Origin: Azolla caroliniana
Lineage: Eukaryota > Plantae > Polypodiophyta
Assembly (NCBI GenBank): GCA_043228905.1
Contig: JBHGNT010000002.1
Coordinates: 27,218,001 to 27,282,000, forward strand
Direction: 5' to 3'
Length of the DNA stretch: 64,000 nucleotides
The notes below the pieces were generated by a model that did no database searches, was not told where the DNA came from, and saw only the letters and a program-made list of their open reading frames with translations. A program made the translations under genes and the position numbers. This document shows, piece after piece, positions 12,850-23,500 of this stretch. Numbering within the stretch: the stretch's first letter is position 1; each line of letters starts with the position of its first letter.

Positions 12850-14450
12850 TCATGTTTGTATTTTTTCCATTGACTCATTGCAAACCTGACCAATGAGCCA
12901 TTCTCTCATGACAACACTACCTTGTGTGTTTATGTTTTCTTGATTTATAACAAATTTGTTGTGTATGTGTATTGGATGTACTCGTAATAAGCATGTTGAT
13001 GAGTTTTTGTCTCTAAATTTCTTTGGTACATACATAGTACATAGACGTCCATGAGTATTGTTTAGGTCTACACATTTCATTGAGATACTGATGAGTCTCG
13101 AGTATCTACAAATAACAAACGCCTCATCGTGGATGATGTTAACTTGGAGCTATAAATTTTTGAGCCATAATTGGAGAATTAACCACTTTGCTTGTCCTCT
13201 CCGTCAACATTGCCAACCTCAATTCTTGGGCAACCTCAATGAATGCCCATTGCTTCTTCGTTGATTTGGTTTTATTCATTGGGCAAATATGAAACCCATT
13301 AGTGATTGGTTTAATTATAAAATTTGATGATGTTGTCACATATTTAACTACGAGAAATAAGGATGTCATCACTATTTGCTTGCAGGTATTGGATCCCCAT
13401 TATTTTCTATGAATCCAATTCGATAATGATAATCAAAACATGTTGTTCAACATAACTAATTCATGCAAACTATGACTCGCATTGTTTCTTTTGCACAAAA
13501 AAACGTGAGGAGTCTACTCTTCATCCACCTTCAACTAATTTTCAGCCCAATATACTAAACTCGTTGTCTCCTCTTGCTCACCTCGAGGCTTACTTTATCG
13601 AGTTATGTCAAAAGGAGGTTGCCAATTCCTACCCACACAATTAAAGCATTAGTAAGGAATTCATGCACTCAATGTGTGCATCTTGTGTCTTACTAAAAAG
13701 AACAAAAGACATGGCTTTTGGAATCCTTTTAGCATGAGCCTAGAACCCATCAACATTTTTTTATGATGGATTTGATGTATTCTTGTTTCTTTAATGTTAA
13801 TAGTGTCTTCCATGGCCCACGTCATACTTCAAACACACTCTCTTCTCCTTAGCCATGGGTTTGATGCATTTAGCCAACCCCATAATGATGTGATCGGGTA
13901 TCTCTCAACATAATTTGTGAGAAGTCATTGCTTCAATTGAATTATGCCTTCCATTTATCTCCATTCTAAATAATATTGCTAATAAGATTCCCAAGTTATA
14001 TCACTTAGCAACATTCTTCGTAGTGTAAATGTTATTTTCCTCCCTCTATGAAGCATGTTGATTGTATCATTGTAAAGGACATGCACAAGGAATCCTACGA
14101 CATCGAACAATCGTACACCACTCAATTCGGTTGTAGTAAAATTTTATGCGTGTCTCAAGCAACATGGTTTGACTACAAAAGCAAGCCAAATCCTAAATAA
14201 ACAACACATTCGAACTAGTTTTTAACTTGATGCAAGTTTCATGGTGATCATATTGAGATCAAAGGAACCAACATAATGTTATGAAGTCTATGACATGCAA
14301 TAATTTTTTGAATAGTCTAAGGAAAGATTGCTTATTTTTCAGCGCCGCCCGCCTTTGTCGTTAGCACTCTTTTGTCATGAATCAAGTGCTTTGTTTTGTT
14401 TGAGCATCTTTGCAAAACATGATACACATGATCCCATTATAAGCTCAATA
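12850..14450 (-). mobile_element. Highly degenerate LTR-retrotransposon pol-like remnant (tentative)
   Basis: Fragmented minus-strand peptides with only a weak resemblance to Ty3/gypsy RT-RNase H; no intact ORF. Confidence 0.25.
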
Positions 14451-14894
14451 TGTGAAAAAGCGTTTTATACCATATGCACTAATAATTTTAGGAGACGTGG
14501 TTCGACGGGCTGAACCCTTTCAAATCATATATACAATTGCCTAAAAGTTAGATATGAATTTGATATCAGCCAAAAACAATGGAAAATGCAAAAAGGCAAA
14601 TTATGGATGTGAAGACATGTTAGAACAGTGAATACACAATACCAATGATGTGTAAATCTTCGATTGGCATGCATTATCAAAATATATGTTCCTCACTCTT
14701 ACGCTCAAGTGAGTTAGGGAATTTGTTAGGGAAATCTAAAGTGTTAGTTGAATGATGCACTAAGAAAGGAGGAATGACGACGCCCTTCTTGCTTGTCGGG
14801 GGGGGGGGGGGGGTTCAAAATGTGCATGTGCAATGTGTGTGCACACAAAGGCAATTAATTGTGCACATGCAAAAGAAAAGGAAAAAGAAAGGGT

Positions 14895-14987
14895 GGTCTT
14901 GTGACCGTACTCCCCAGGCGGAGTGTTTAACGCGTTAGCTGGGCCCCTGATCCGAAGACCAAGGACGAACACTCATCGTTTACGGCA

Positions 14988-15023
<36 letters not shown>

Positions 15024-15183
15024 AGCTTTTGCACCTCAGCGTCAGTAAGACCCAGAAAGTTGCCTTCACTCCTTCGACGTTCCTTTGTATATCTCCGTAT
15101 TTTATCCCTACACACGAAATTCCACTCCCCTCTGTCCCACTCGAGTAAATTGGTTTTCAAAGCATTCTGCCAGTTGAGCTGGG
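14895..15183 (-). pseudogene. rrn18: Nuclear insertion of a plant mitochondrial SSU rRNA (rrn18) fragment (NUMT), V4-V5 region
   Basis: Contains the universal SSU motifs CCGTACTCCCCAGGCGG and GGACTACCAGGGTATCTAATCC (806R site, 14989-15010). The segments GGGCCCCTGATCCG..GACCAAGG.CGAACACTCATCGTTTACGGCATGG and CCCTACACACGAAATTCCAC look plant-mitochondrial to me. Truncated at both ends, with AT-rich nuclear flanks. Confidence 0.88.
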
Positions 15184-15923
15184 TATAGAAGCTCGTGTAA
15201 AAAGTAAGAGAGAGGGGAGATAAAAAGTAGATGGGAGACAGGTTATGAATTTGTAGATATAAAATTATATATTATATAAGAGAGAGTTAATGGGCTAGTA
15301 GATAGTCACATTGACTTCTAACTATAGGTGCTCTGTTCAAATCTGGTCTTACAATGCACTGTGATTTAAGGAATTTTATTCTTTTTTCATTGAAGACAAA
15401 ATTGGCGACCCCTCTTCTTTTTTTCCTATTAAAAGGAGGTAAAGGGGGGCTCATTTGGAAGGATATTTTTGGGAGGAGGAGACTATTGCCATTTTTCCTT
15501 CGGAGCTCTTCATCTTCTTCTTCACCACTTCCCTTCATCTCGTACCCCTTCATCCCCTCATCGCCACATGCTCGTCTTCTTCGTGTTGGCACTCGAAGTG
15601 CTCATGAGCTCGAGCTTCGTTGGTTCGACTTTGCGAGTCCCGTTTGTCGTTGCGAGCCCGTGTGCTCGCCGTTCGGGTGGTCGTGGTTTGTTGGGGTCAA
15701 CATTTTTGTGGTGCTCGTGTGTTCGTCTTCGTCATGTTCGGATTTGCTCTTTGTCTCTAAGGGTATTTAGTGTTTATGTTTTGTTGAGCTTGTGGTTAAC
15801 TAGAAGTTGTCACATTGTAATCAAACCTTTTTTATAAAGGGTCCTCTTGTGTTGGAATCGAACACGTATTTATTCTTTAGCCAATATCATTCGTGTTTTT
15901 CTTTCTTTCTTTGTTCTCGTCCA

Positions 15924-16866
15924 CTTGCACGTTTGGCCGCCTTGTGACGAGGGAGCGTTTTGGGCGTGCCCATGCACCTCTCCTCCTCATAAAGGCGTAC
16001 GAGCATTTGTGTGTGTGCTTGTGTCTTCCTTGTACGTTTGGTCGTCTTGTGACGAGGGAGTGTTTCGGGCATGCCCATGCACCTCTCCTCCTCATAAAGG
16101 CGTACAAGCATTTTGTGCGTGTGTTTGTGTCTTCCTTGTACGTTCAATTGTCTTGTGACAAGGGAGCGTTTCGGGCATGCCCATGCACCTCTCCTCCTCG
16201 TTAAGGCGTATGAGCATTTGTGCGTGTGTTTGTGTCTTCCTTGTACGTTCGGCCGTCTTGTGACGAGGGAGCGTTCGGGCTTGCCCATGCACCTCTCCTC
16301 CTCATAAAGGCGTACGAGCATTTTGTGCGTGTGTTTGTGTCTTCCTTGTACGTTCGGTCGTCTTGTGACGAGAGAGCGTTTCGAGCGTGCCCATGCACCT
16401 CTCCTCCTCATAAAGACGTACGAGCATTTGTGCGTGTGTTTGTGTCTTCTTTGTACGTTCGGCCGTCTTGTGACGAGGGAGCATTTCGAGCGTGCCCATG
16501 CACCTCTCCTCCTCATAAAGGCGTATGAGCATTTGTGCATTTGTGCATTTGTTTGTGTCGCCCTTGTACGTTCGGCCGTCTTGTGACGAGGGAGCGTTCG
16601 GGCGTGCCCATGCACCTCTCCTCCTCATAAAGACGTATGAGCATTTGTGTGTGTGTTTTGTGTCTTCCTTGTATGTTCGGTCGTCTTGTGACGAGGGAGC
16701 GTTCGGGCTTGCCCATGCACCTCTCCTCCTCATAAAGGCGTACGAGCATTTGTGTGTGTGTTTGTGTCTTCCTTGTACGTTTGACGTCTTGTGACAAGGG
16801 AGCGTTCGGGCATGCCCATGCACCTCTCCTCCTCATAAAGACGTACGAGCATTCGTGTTTGTGTTA
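15924..16866. repeat. GC-rich tandem array, 9 x ~105 bp
   Basis: The CTTGTGAC(G/A)AG anchor occurs at 15941, 16046, 16152, 16257, 16362, 16467, 16580, 16685 and 16788 (periods 103-113 bp). Confidence 0.97.
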
Positions 16867-18127
16867 TCGTCCCCTCGTGCGTTCATCTTGCGTGCTCATC
16901 TTTGCTTGTACCTGTTTGATCACTTGGCTCATGTGGTGATCTCGAAAACTCGACGAGTTGTGATAAACGAAAGCCACCAGTCTCACAAAAAGGGGCAACA
17001 AGCCCTTGCTCGGGAAGGGGTCAAGAAGTAGCATTGTCGTAAAGCAAACCTCAGGTCTCTCTATCCCTTCAGTACTCCCTAGTCCAAGACCCCCGTGGTC
17101 CCGCCCAAGTAACACACATGCGTGAAACTTCACGACATTGTCACCAAAAGAGAAATCACGAGCATGAATGTTATCGTACTAACACTAATAAAAGATACAT
17201 GAAATGTTCAAGGGTAAAATGTCACATTTCTTCGCTAATTTTTGGTCAACCTAAGTTGGGAAGTGCTTAATGATGGCTTATATACCCTAGTAACACACTT
17301 CAACAAAAACAAGGAGTCAAAAAACATGAAGGAAGCAAATGTTTCCAATCTTTGGCTCATGGCCATGCAACGGGGGGGATGCCATGGCCCTTGAGTTTGA
17401 TTTAAAATAACTTCTAGGTATAGGATGGAAAAGAGTTTTGCATGAATAGTCAACACCACAAATAAATATTGGAAATTGTGAATATATACATTATTAGCAA
17501 TGATTTGAAGGGTAATTGCAACAACGGGACAAAGAGAGACAACAAGTGTTTTGTGGTTGTCGAAATGAAGAGGGACAAAATGTATTATTTCTCAAGTCAT
17601 CACCAACATGTTTATGAGACCATCGACATTGGGTTGCATATGCATTGACTCTCGTGTTCTCGTCGGTCCCACTTGGAGGTAGACCAACAAGACGAACAAG
17701 CCAACTTGGGAGTTATTGGGAAATAATGGAAGGGCTTGAGCCAAGGTATGAGACAACCTTACCAGTGTTCAACAATGAAAAAGTGTTGAGTAACAAGTTG
17801 GATCACGAGAGAATATGACTATTCTCATGAGCAAAATTGGAGTACATGTGTGAGTGGAAAGGCACGTGATTAGGTTTGGAGCACCAAATGAAGCCCTTCA
17901 ACAAACTCCAAGGCATGTAAGAAATAGCATGAATGGTGTTTGATGTACCAGATCTCAGTGTTGCACTGCCAAAGAATTGAGAGAGTTGCCCATCGGTGAA
18001 TCGTGTGGGAAGTGGATGTAGGAGCTATTGTAGTTGGGGAGGGTAATATGAAGGCTAGTATGAGATGAAGGCATGCGAGCGAATGAACAAGATCTACGAC
18101 ATACGCAAATTAGTAACATTGATCAAT

Positions 18128-18320
18128 ATGGTTTCAAATTTCAACTTATTAGCTTGGTTTCAAATTTCAATTGATTAGCATGGTTTCACTTGATTAGTAT
18201 TGGTTTCAAATTTCAATTGATTAGTATGGTTTCAAATTATTAGTATTGGTTTCAAATTTCAATTGATTAGCATGGTTTCACTTGATTAGCGTGGTTTCAA
18301 TTGATTAGCGTGGTGGTTTC
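18128..18320. repeat. Short imperfect tandem repeat (TGGTTTCAAATTTCAATTGATTAG-like, ~8 units) upstream of FAS2
   Basis: Repeated TGGTTTCA...GATTAG units of 18-27 bp. Confidence 0.85.
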
Positions 18321-18418
18321 AAATTACGCGGAGAAGGAAAAATAAGGGAGGGGTATATATTTGTAAATAACCGAAACGGTAGGGCCTATTCTGCAGCTCA
18401 CATATTGAACTGGAGGGC

Positions 18419-18430
18419 TTTCCCGCCAAA
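18419..18430 (+). promoter_or_regulatory. Overlapping bidirectional E2F site TTTCCCGCCAAA in the FAS2 promoter/leader
   Basis: TTTCCCGC on + and TTTGGCGG on -, ~135 bp upstream of the ATG. E2F sites are typical of S-phase chromatin-assembly genes. Confidence 0.65.
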
Positions 18431-18562
18431 ACCTCACGCTTTCCTGCTACTGCTTTGCTCAGGGGCATCCTCCCTCCCTCCCGACGGCGAAACGCAGAGA
18501 CAGACAGACAGACAGATCGATCGACAGAGAGGGGAGGGAGAGGTTGTGAAGGGTTTTTCTCC

Positions 18563-21500
18563 ATGAAAGGGGGGACTGTGCAGATAAACTGGCACGGCTC
18601 CGATCCCGTTCTCTCTCTTGACTTCCATCGCTTCTCTGCTTTGCTTGCTACGGGCGGAGCAGATCACGACATCAAGGTACATGATCTCTGCCCCCTCTCG
18701 CTCTCATGCTTTCTTTCTCTCTCTCATTTGCGTTCCTTTTCTGTTTCGCAATTGGTTCTGCTAAGAAATTTCACCGAAATGTATTTTAATTCCTCTCTCT
18801 CTCTCTCTCTCTCTTTCTTTACCGAAATTTCATGCTTAGAAACCATATGGCCATTGCTTCTGCTAAGAAGCTCTCAGAAATGTGCTTTCTCTATCTCTCC
18901 TTTTTTTGCTTTCTTTCCGGACATGTTATGCAAAGACCGTCACATAGAATGCATTCTTATATCTGCCATTTCTTCTGCTAAGAAGTTCGGAAAAATGAAA
19001 TTTATGTCTTCTCTCTATTCTTCTTTCTTTCCGCAAATTCTTCTGCTAAGAAGCATGTAGCCACTGCTTCTGGTAATATGTTCACAGAAGTGATTTGTTT
19101 ATATATTTTCTTATCCTGTTGCTAAGAGTCTAATAGAAGGCTTTTTATGTCTTCTTTCTCTCATGCTTTCTGTGTGTTTATTTTCCTTAATTATATCTCC
19201 ATTTTCTTCTACTAAGAAGCAGATCACCATTTCTTTTGCTAAGTACATCATAAAGGAGGCAGTTATGTAGTTTCATGGATTCGGTGTTGTAGGCTTTTAC
19301 ATATGTCTAGCAATTACTTCTGCTAGGAAGTTCACAAGAGATATTTATCCCTTCTGGCTCATGGCTAATCCGTGCTCGTTTCCTCATGCTTTACAGTTTC
19401 TTTCGCTAAGAAGCTCACATAAGGCGTATTTCTTATTGATTATTTGTGCCTTTGTTTTGCAATTTCTTCTAATGAAGCTTACGTCAACCATTTTATGTAT
19501 GCTATGTCTTCTACTAAGAAGCTCATACAAGACAGTTTATATACTATCCCTCATGTTTCTCTGCACTGCTAATTATCATTTTGCTTCATAATTTCTTCTG
19601 GTAAGCAGTGGAGCTCTTTCTTTCTCTGTCATTTCAGGTGTTCAGTGTCACTCTGACTTCCTTTTCCTTCACAAATTCTTCTGCTCAGAAAAACATCATT
19701 ATCTGACTTCTTGTTTGTTCTGTGTCACTCCGTTTTCCCTTTCCTTCATCGATTGTCCTGCTTAGGAGCACACATCTTCTCATGGCACACCTTTGTTTTC
19801 CTTGGAATCCACAATTTCTTCTGCTAATCAACACACAATGATCTCTTTATTTTCTCCTTTTTGCAGTTCTGGACTTTGCACCAATCAGATGAAGCCCCAT
19901 TACCATCTGTAAGTTTTCATAGCTGCCTGTCGTACCACACTGCAGCTGTCAATGTTGTTCGTTTCTCACCGACAGGTAAATGTTCTCCTAATAGAAGTTA
20001 TTAGTAAAAGACAAAAATACAACTTCAAATTTGTATAATATCTATAGTGAATTTGGATTGAGGTTATGCTATTGAATGGAATATGAAATCTATAGTGAAA
20101 TCAGGGTGAAGGTTCTACTACCAATGGAACATGGAATCCATAGTGAAGTTGGAGGTGACGTTATGCTACTGAATGAAATATGGCTTCAATAGTGACGTTG
20201 GGCTTGATGTTATTCTACTGAATAGAACTTGAAATCTAAATGGAAATCCCTCAAAGGTGAAAAAGTATATATAAACGAGGGTCTAACGCTGCTACAATCA
20301 GCTCACTAAAGAGAGCAGATGCCACACTTGAGACAATGAAAAAGGGAAAGTGTGCAATCTATAGAGACCAAAGAGTGATTGCAACAGAGAGAACGCTCCC
20401 ATAATGAGGCATGACCTATGAGACCTTGCAGTTAATGCAATGAAATTGCAATGGAGCTTTAAACGTAGATGTAGGATACTGTGATTTACAGACATTGCTG
20501 TCTACACTGAGACACTTCGTTGTGCAGACAAGAATTCCAAAGGATGAGGATATCAATGGAATTCTGTGTTTTACCTAAGGCATGCCATTGAAGGTGGTGC
20601 TAGAGGATCTGTTGGAGTAGCTATATAGTACAAGATGTGGATGCATGGTAAATGTGAATAAGAATAAGCAGAAAGTTCTTCAAAGATATGTGTAGATTTT
20701 TGCTACTTTACACCAGCCTACTTGATGTTTATACCCAGTGGGGAATCACCCTATCTACCATTATGATAAAAATTCGAGGTTTAGGGTTTAAGAGGTTTGG
20801 CGTGCAGATGCAAGGAAGTTGTAAGATTTAGTAGAGCATCCCACTCTTTCCAAATCAACATTCAACATATCACACAATCACCGCACTCTACATTTTTCAC
20901 TAGGCTGATAGTGATTAATGCAATTAGACTCCACAACAGAATTCAAATACTATTGTGGCTTGTTAGGTGAGGTTTTGTGTATGCACACACTACTTTGGGT
21001 CCACGTTTAGAATCAGGAAAACATGGACAGAGAAACATGAACAGAGAAGCAGTATCTTAGACCGCATATTGACACTGCAATGGTGCCCATGTAAAGAGGA
21101 TATATTGCTGCTTTAAGACAGGGCCACAAGCTAAACTCATGCAATGACTGCAAATTGTAGAGGTAGCAAAGGATTTGCAGTGGGGATCTATGGACTCTAT
21201 GAGTTGGTGTCAGGAAATGTTAGGGCTCTGAGAGAATATCTGACAAGGTTGCCAACACCATTGGGTAAATCAAAGATGCCTCTTTCCACCCACTCCCTTT
21301 AGCTTTACATCTGTGAGATTTCAGATTACATAGATAGTTCAAGTGGGTACAAGTCCTGCTGGAGTATTCATACCCATACTTTTATTGCAGATGACATTGT
21401 CTTGATCTTGATCTACCTAGCGGGCTTACAAAAACAGTTAGACACTATACATGGATTTTGCGAAGGAATAAATCTCTGTAAGATTTGGCAAGACCATGAT

Positions 21501-23466
21501 ATTTAACAGAACTTAAGCATGGGTAATTAGGTTGAATCATCAAATTATATTTGATGAATACACAATCCTATTTATATTTGGGAATCACATTCAGAAGTCT
21601 CTATTTCTCACTGGTTGGCGTTTTACACTGTACCATCGAAGTAATAAATTGAGCAAACCCATCTTTGATCCCTGTCATGGGCTTGGCCCTGCCCATAGAT
21701 CGGAATTGGTATCCTGTGGGCATTAAATATATCTATCTCAAGTGGCCCAAAGGAAGACATCAGAATATAATGCATTCTGCAAATAAAGTGTCTGAATGAG
21801 TCACGGGTATAATAGCTTGTAAGTAGGAGATTCGAATATGAAGTTTGTAAAACTAAATTGCCTGTCATTACGGTACATTTGGGTTATGTTGTGCATGAAG
21901 AATACCTGACCACCAGAATTTGTAAATATATTGCTGAATATTCTTTTCATGTCCAAGGTGCTGTCAAGAAAACAAAAATTTTAAATTTGAATGAAATATT
22001 TGACTTATATAATTTGTTCTCCAATCACAGCACCAGACTTATCGTGGACATAAGCTATTACTTGACTTGTATAATTTATTCTTAAACAATAGCACCCGAT
22101 TTATGTTGCACATAAGATATTTCTTTGTGACAGCCTTGAGAAGTCCTTGCCTCCATCCATAAGGATTTTGACACTTTTCCTAGATCTAGAACCCCACAAC
22201 CACCCCTGCCCTGTAGACTCGTGAAGAGGCTACTAGGCATTGGTGTGCCAAAGGAGATGCAATAACGAATCTACATATTGCATATTCTCGGACAGGCAGA
22301 GTACAGGGACCAGAGATATCAAAGTCAGTGAATAATATGTTTGAACAAAACAAGACTGAAAATTCATCTAGAAGCATCAAAGACATTCTATATGGAGAGA
22401 GAACTTGAGCATTGGGAAAACCAAGGTAATGGTATTTAATACAACACAAACATGTGTTACTAGACAAAGAGGATCAATGCACATTCTATGGGGAACTAGT
22501 AGAGTATGTATAAAAAGGAAATGGTTGATCGCCCCCACTAGAACAAGATGGAATATCATGAGAATAATTTCCAACATCATCAGTTTGGTTTGTCACCGGC
22601 CCCAGCCAAAAGGATACCCACCTCCCACATATCATATGTAGCTGCATGATTAGACAGATCACCATGTCATCACAAAAACTGTGGATAGGGGCAGGTAGAT
22701 ATGAAGGGTTAGCAACAACATTTTTGAGAAATATGGAAAAAGGCAGAGGTCCTCACCTTGTTTGGGGAGAGAATAAAGTGGAGACATGCTCCACCAAGAT
22801 GGCTTTTTCTGCCCCCCGCCTTGGAAAGACCCTGATTTAAAGTTGGTAAGGTAGCTGCATGAGGGCTTTCGCTATTCAACATGTTGGTTGATGAGGGTAT
22901 GATGGTTATATTTTCTTGTATGAGTTCTTTATATCCTTTGGGCATCTTTCCATTAATACCAAGGTGAATCTTAAAGAAGAAGAAGAAGAAGAAGAAGATA
23001 CGAAGGGCTAGCAACGAATGATCACCTTTGCCAGCTATGCTCTCCAAATCTTGAAACAGAGAACTAACAATATATGTTGTTGCCCCATGTTCCATGTATT
23101 CAAAGGGAGATACCATTTCTTTAAGCTAGTCTTTGGACTCTTATAAAAATTGTGGGTTTTGAGGAACATAGATGCCTGCACTGCGTCCTGCTTGAAATTT
23201 GGCAGTACCAGGATAAACTCTTGAGATGTAATAAAATACACCTTCTAGTGGATGGGAAACCAGCCAAACCAGCTAGGGAACCTTCACTAACCTCTTTATA
23301 TCGACAGCACATCCATCCCTCAGATCTCGACATATAATAGACAACATATATATCTATATCTATCTATATATTTGAAGAGAGAGATTATGTTTTCTGGTGT
23401 TATGGAAAAAGTACCTGTATATGTATTTCATGTGTATATATATTCATGCATACTTCATGTGTGGGG

Positions 23467-23500
<34 letters not shown>

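Noticed and set aside
13083-13108. CTGATGAG hammerhead-like core
   Set aside because: There is no downstream GAAA and no stem II/III.
14895-15183. Functional rRNA gene or bacterial contamination
   Set aside because: Only ~290 bp, truncated, with mitochondrial-type signatures, and embedded in nuclear intergenic DNA.
16067-16076. GGGCATGCCC p53-like half-sites in the array
   Set aside because: Plants have no p53; it is simply a palindrome.
15924-16866. CRISPR array, or hammerhead/retrozyme array (minus strand has GAAAC...GTC)
   Set aside because: Units are contiguous with no unique spacers and no cas genes are present. The CUGANGA core is missing (CTTTATGA) and stem I cannot form.
15847-16939. 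Many overlapping ORFs up to 242 aa
   Set aside because: They arise from the stop-poor 105-bp tandem repeat; indels shift the frame between units and there is no domain similarity.
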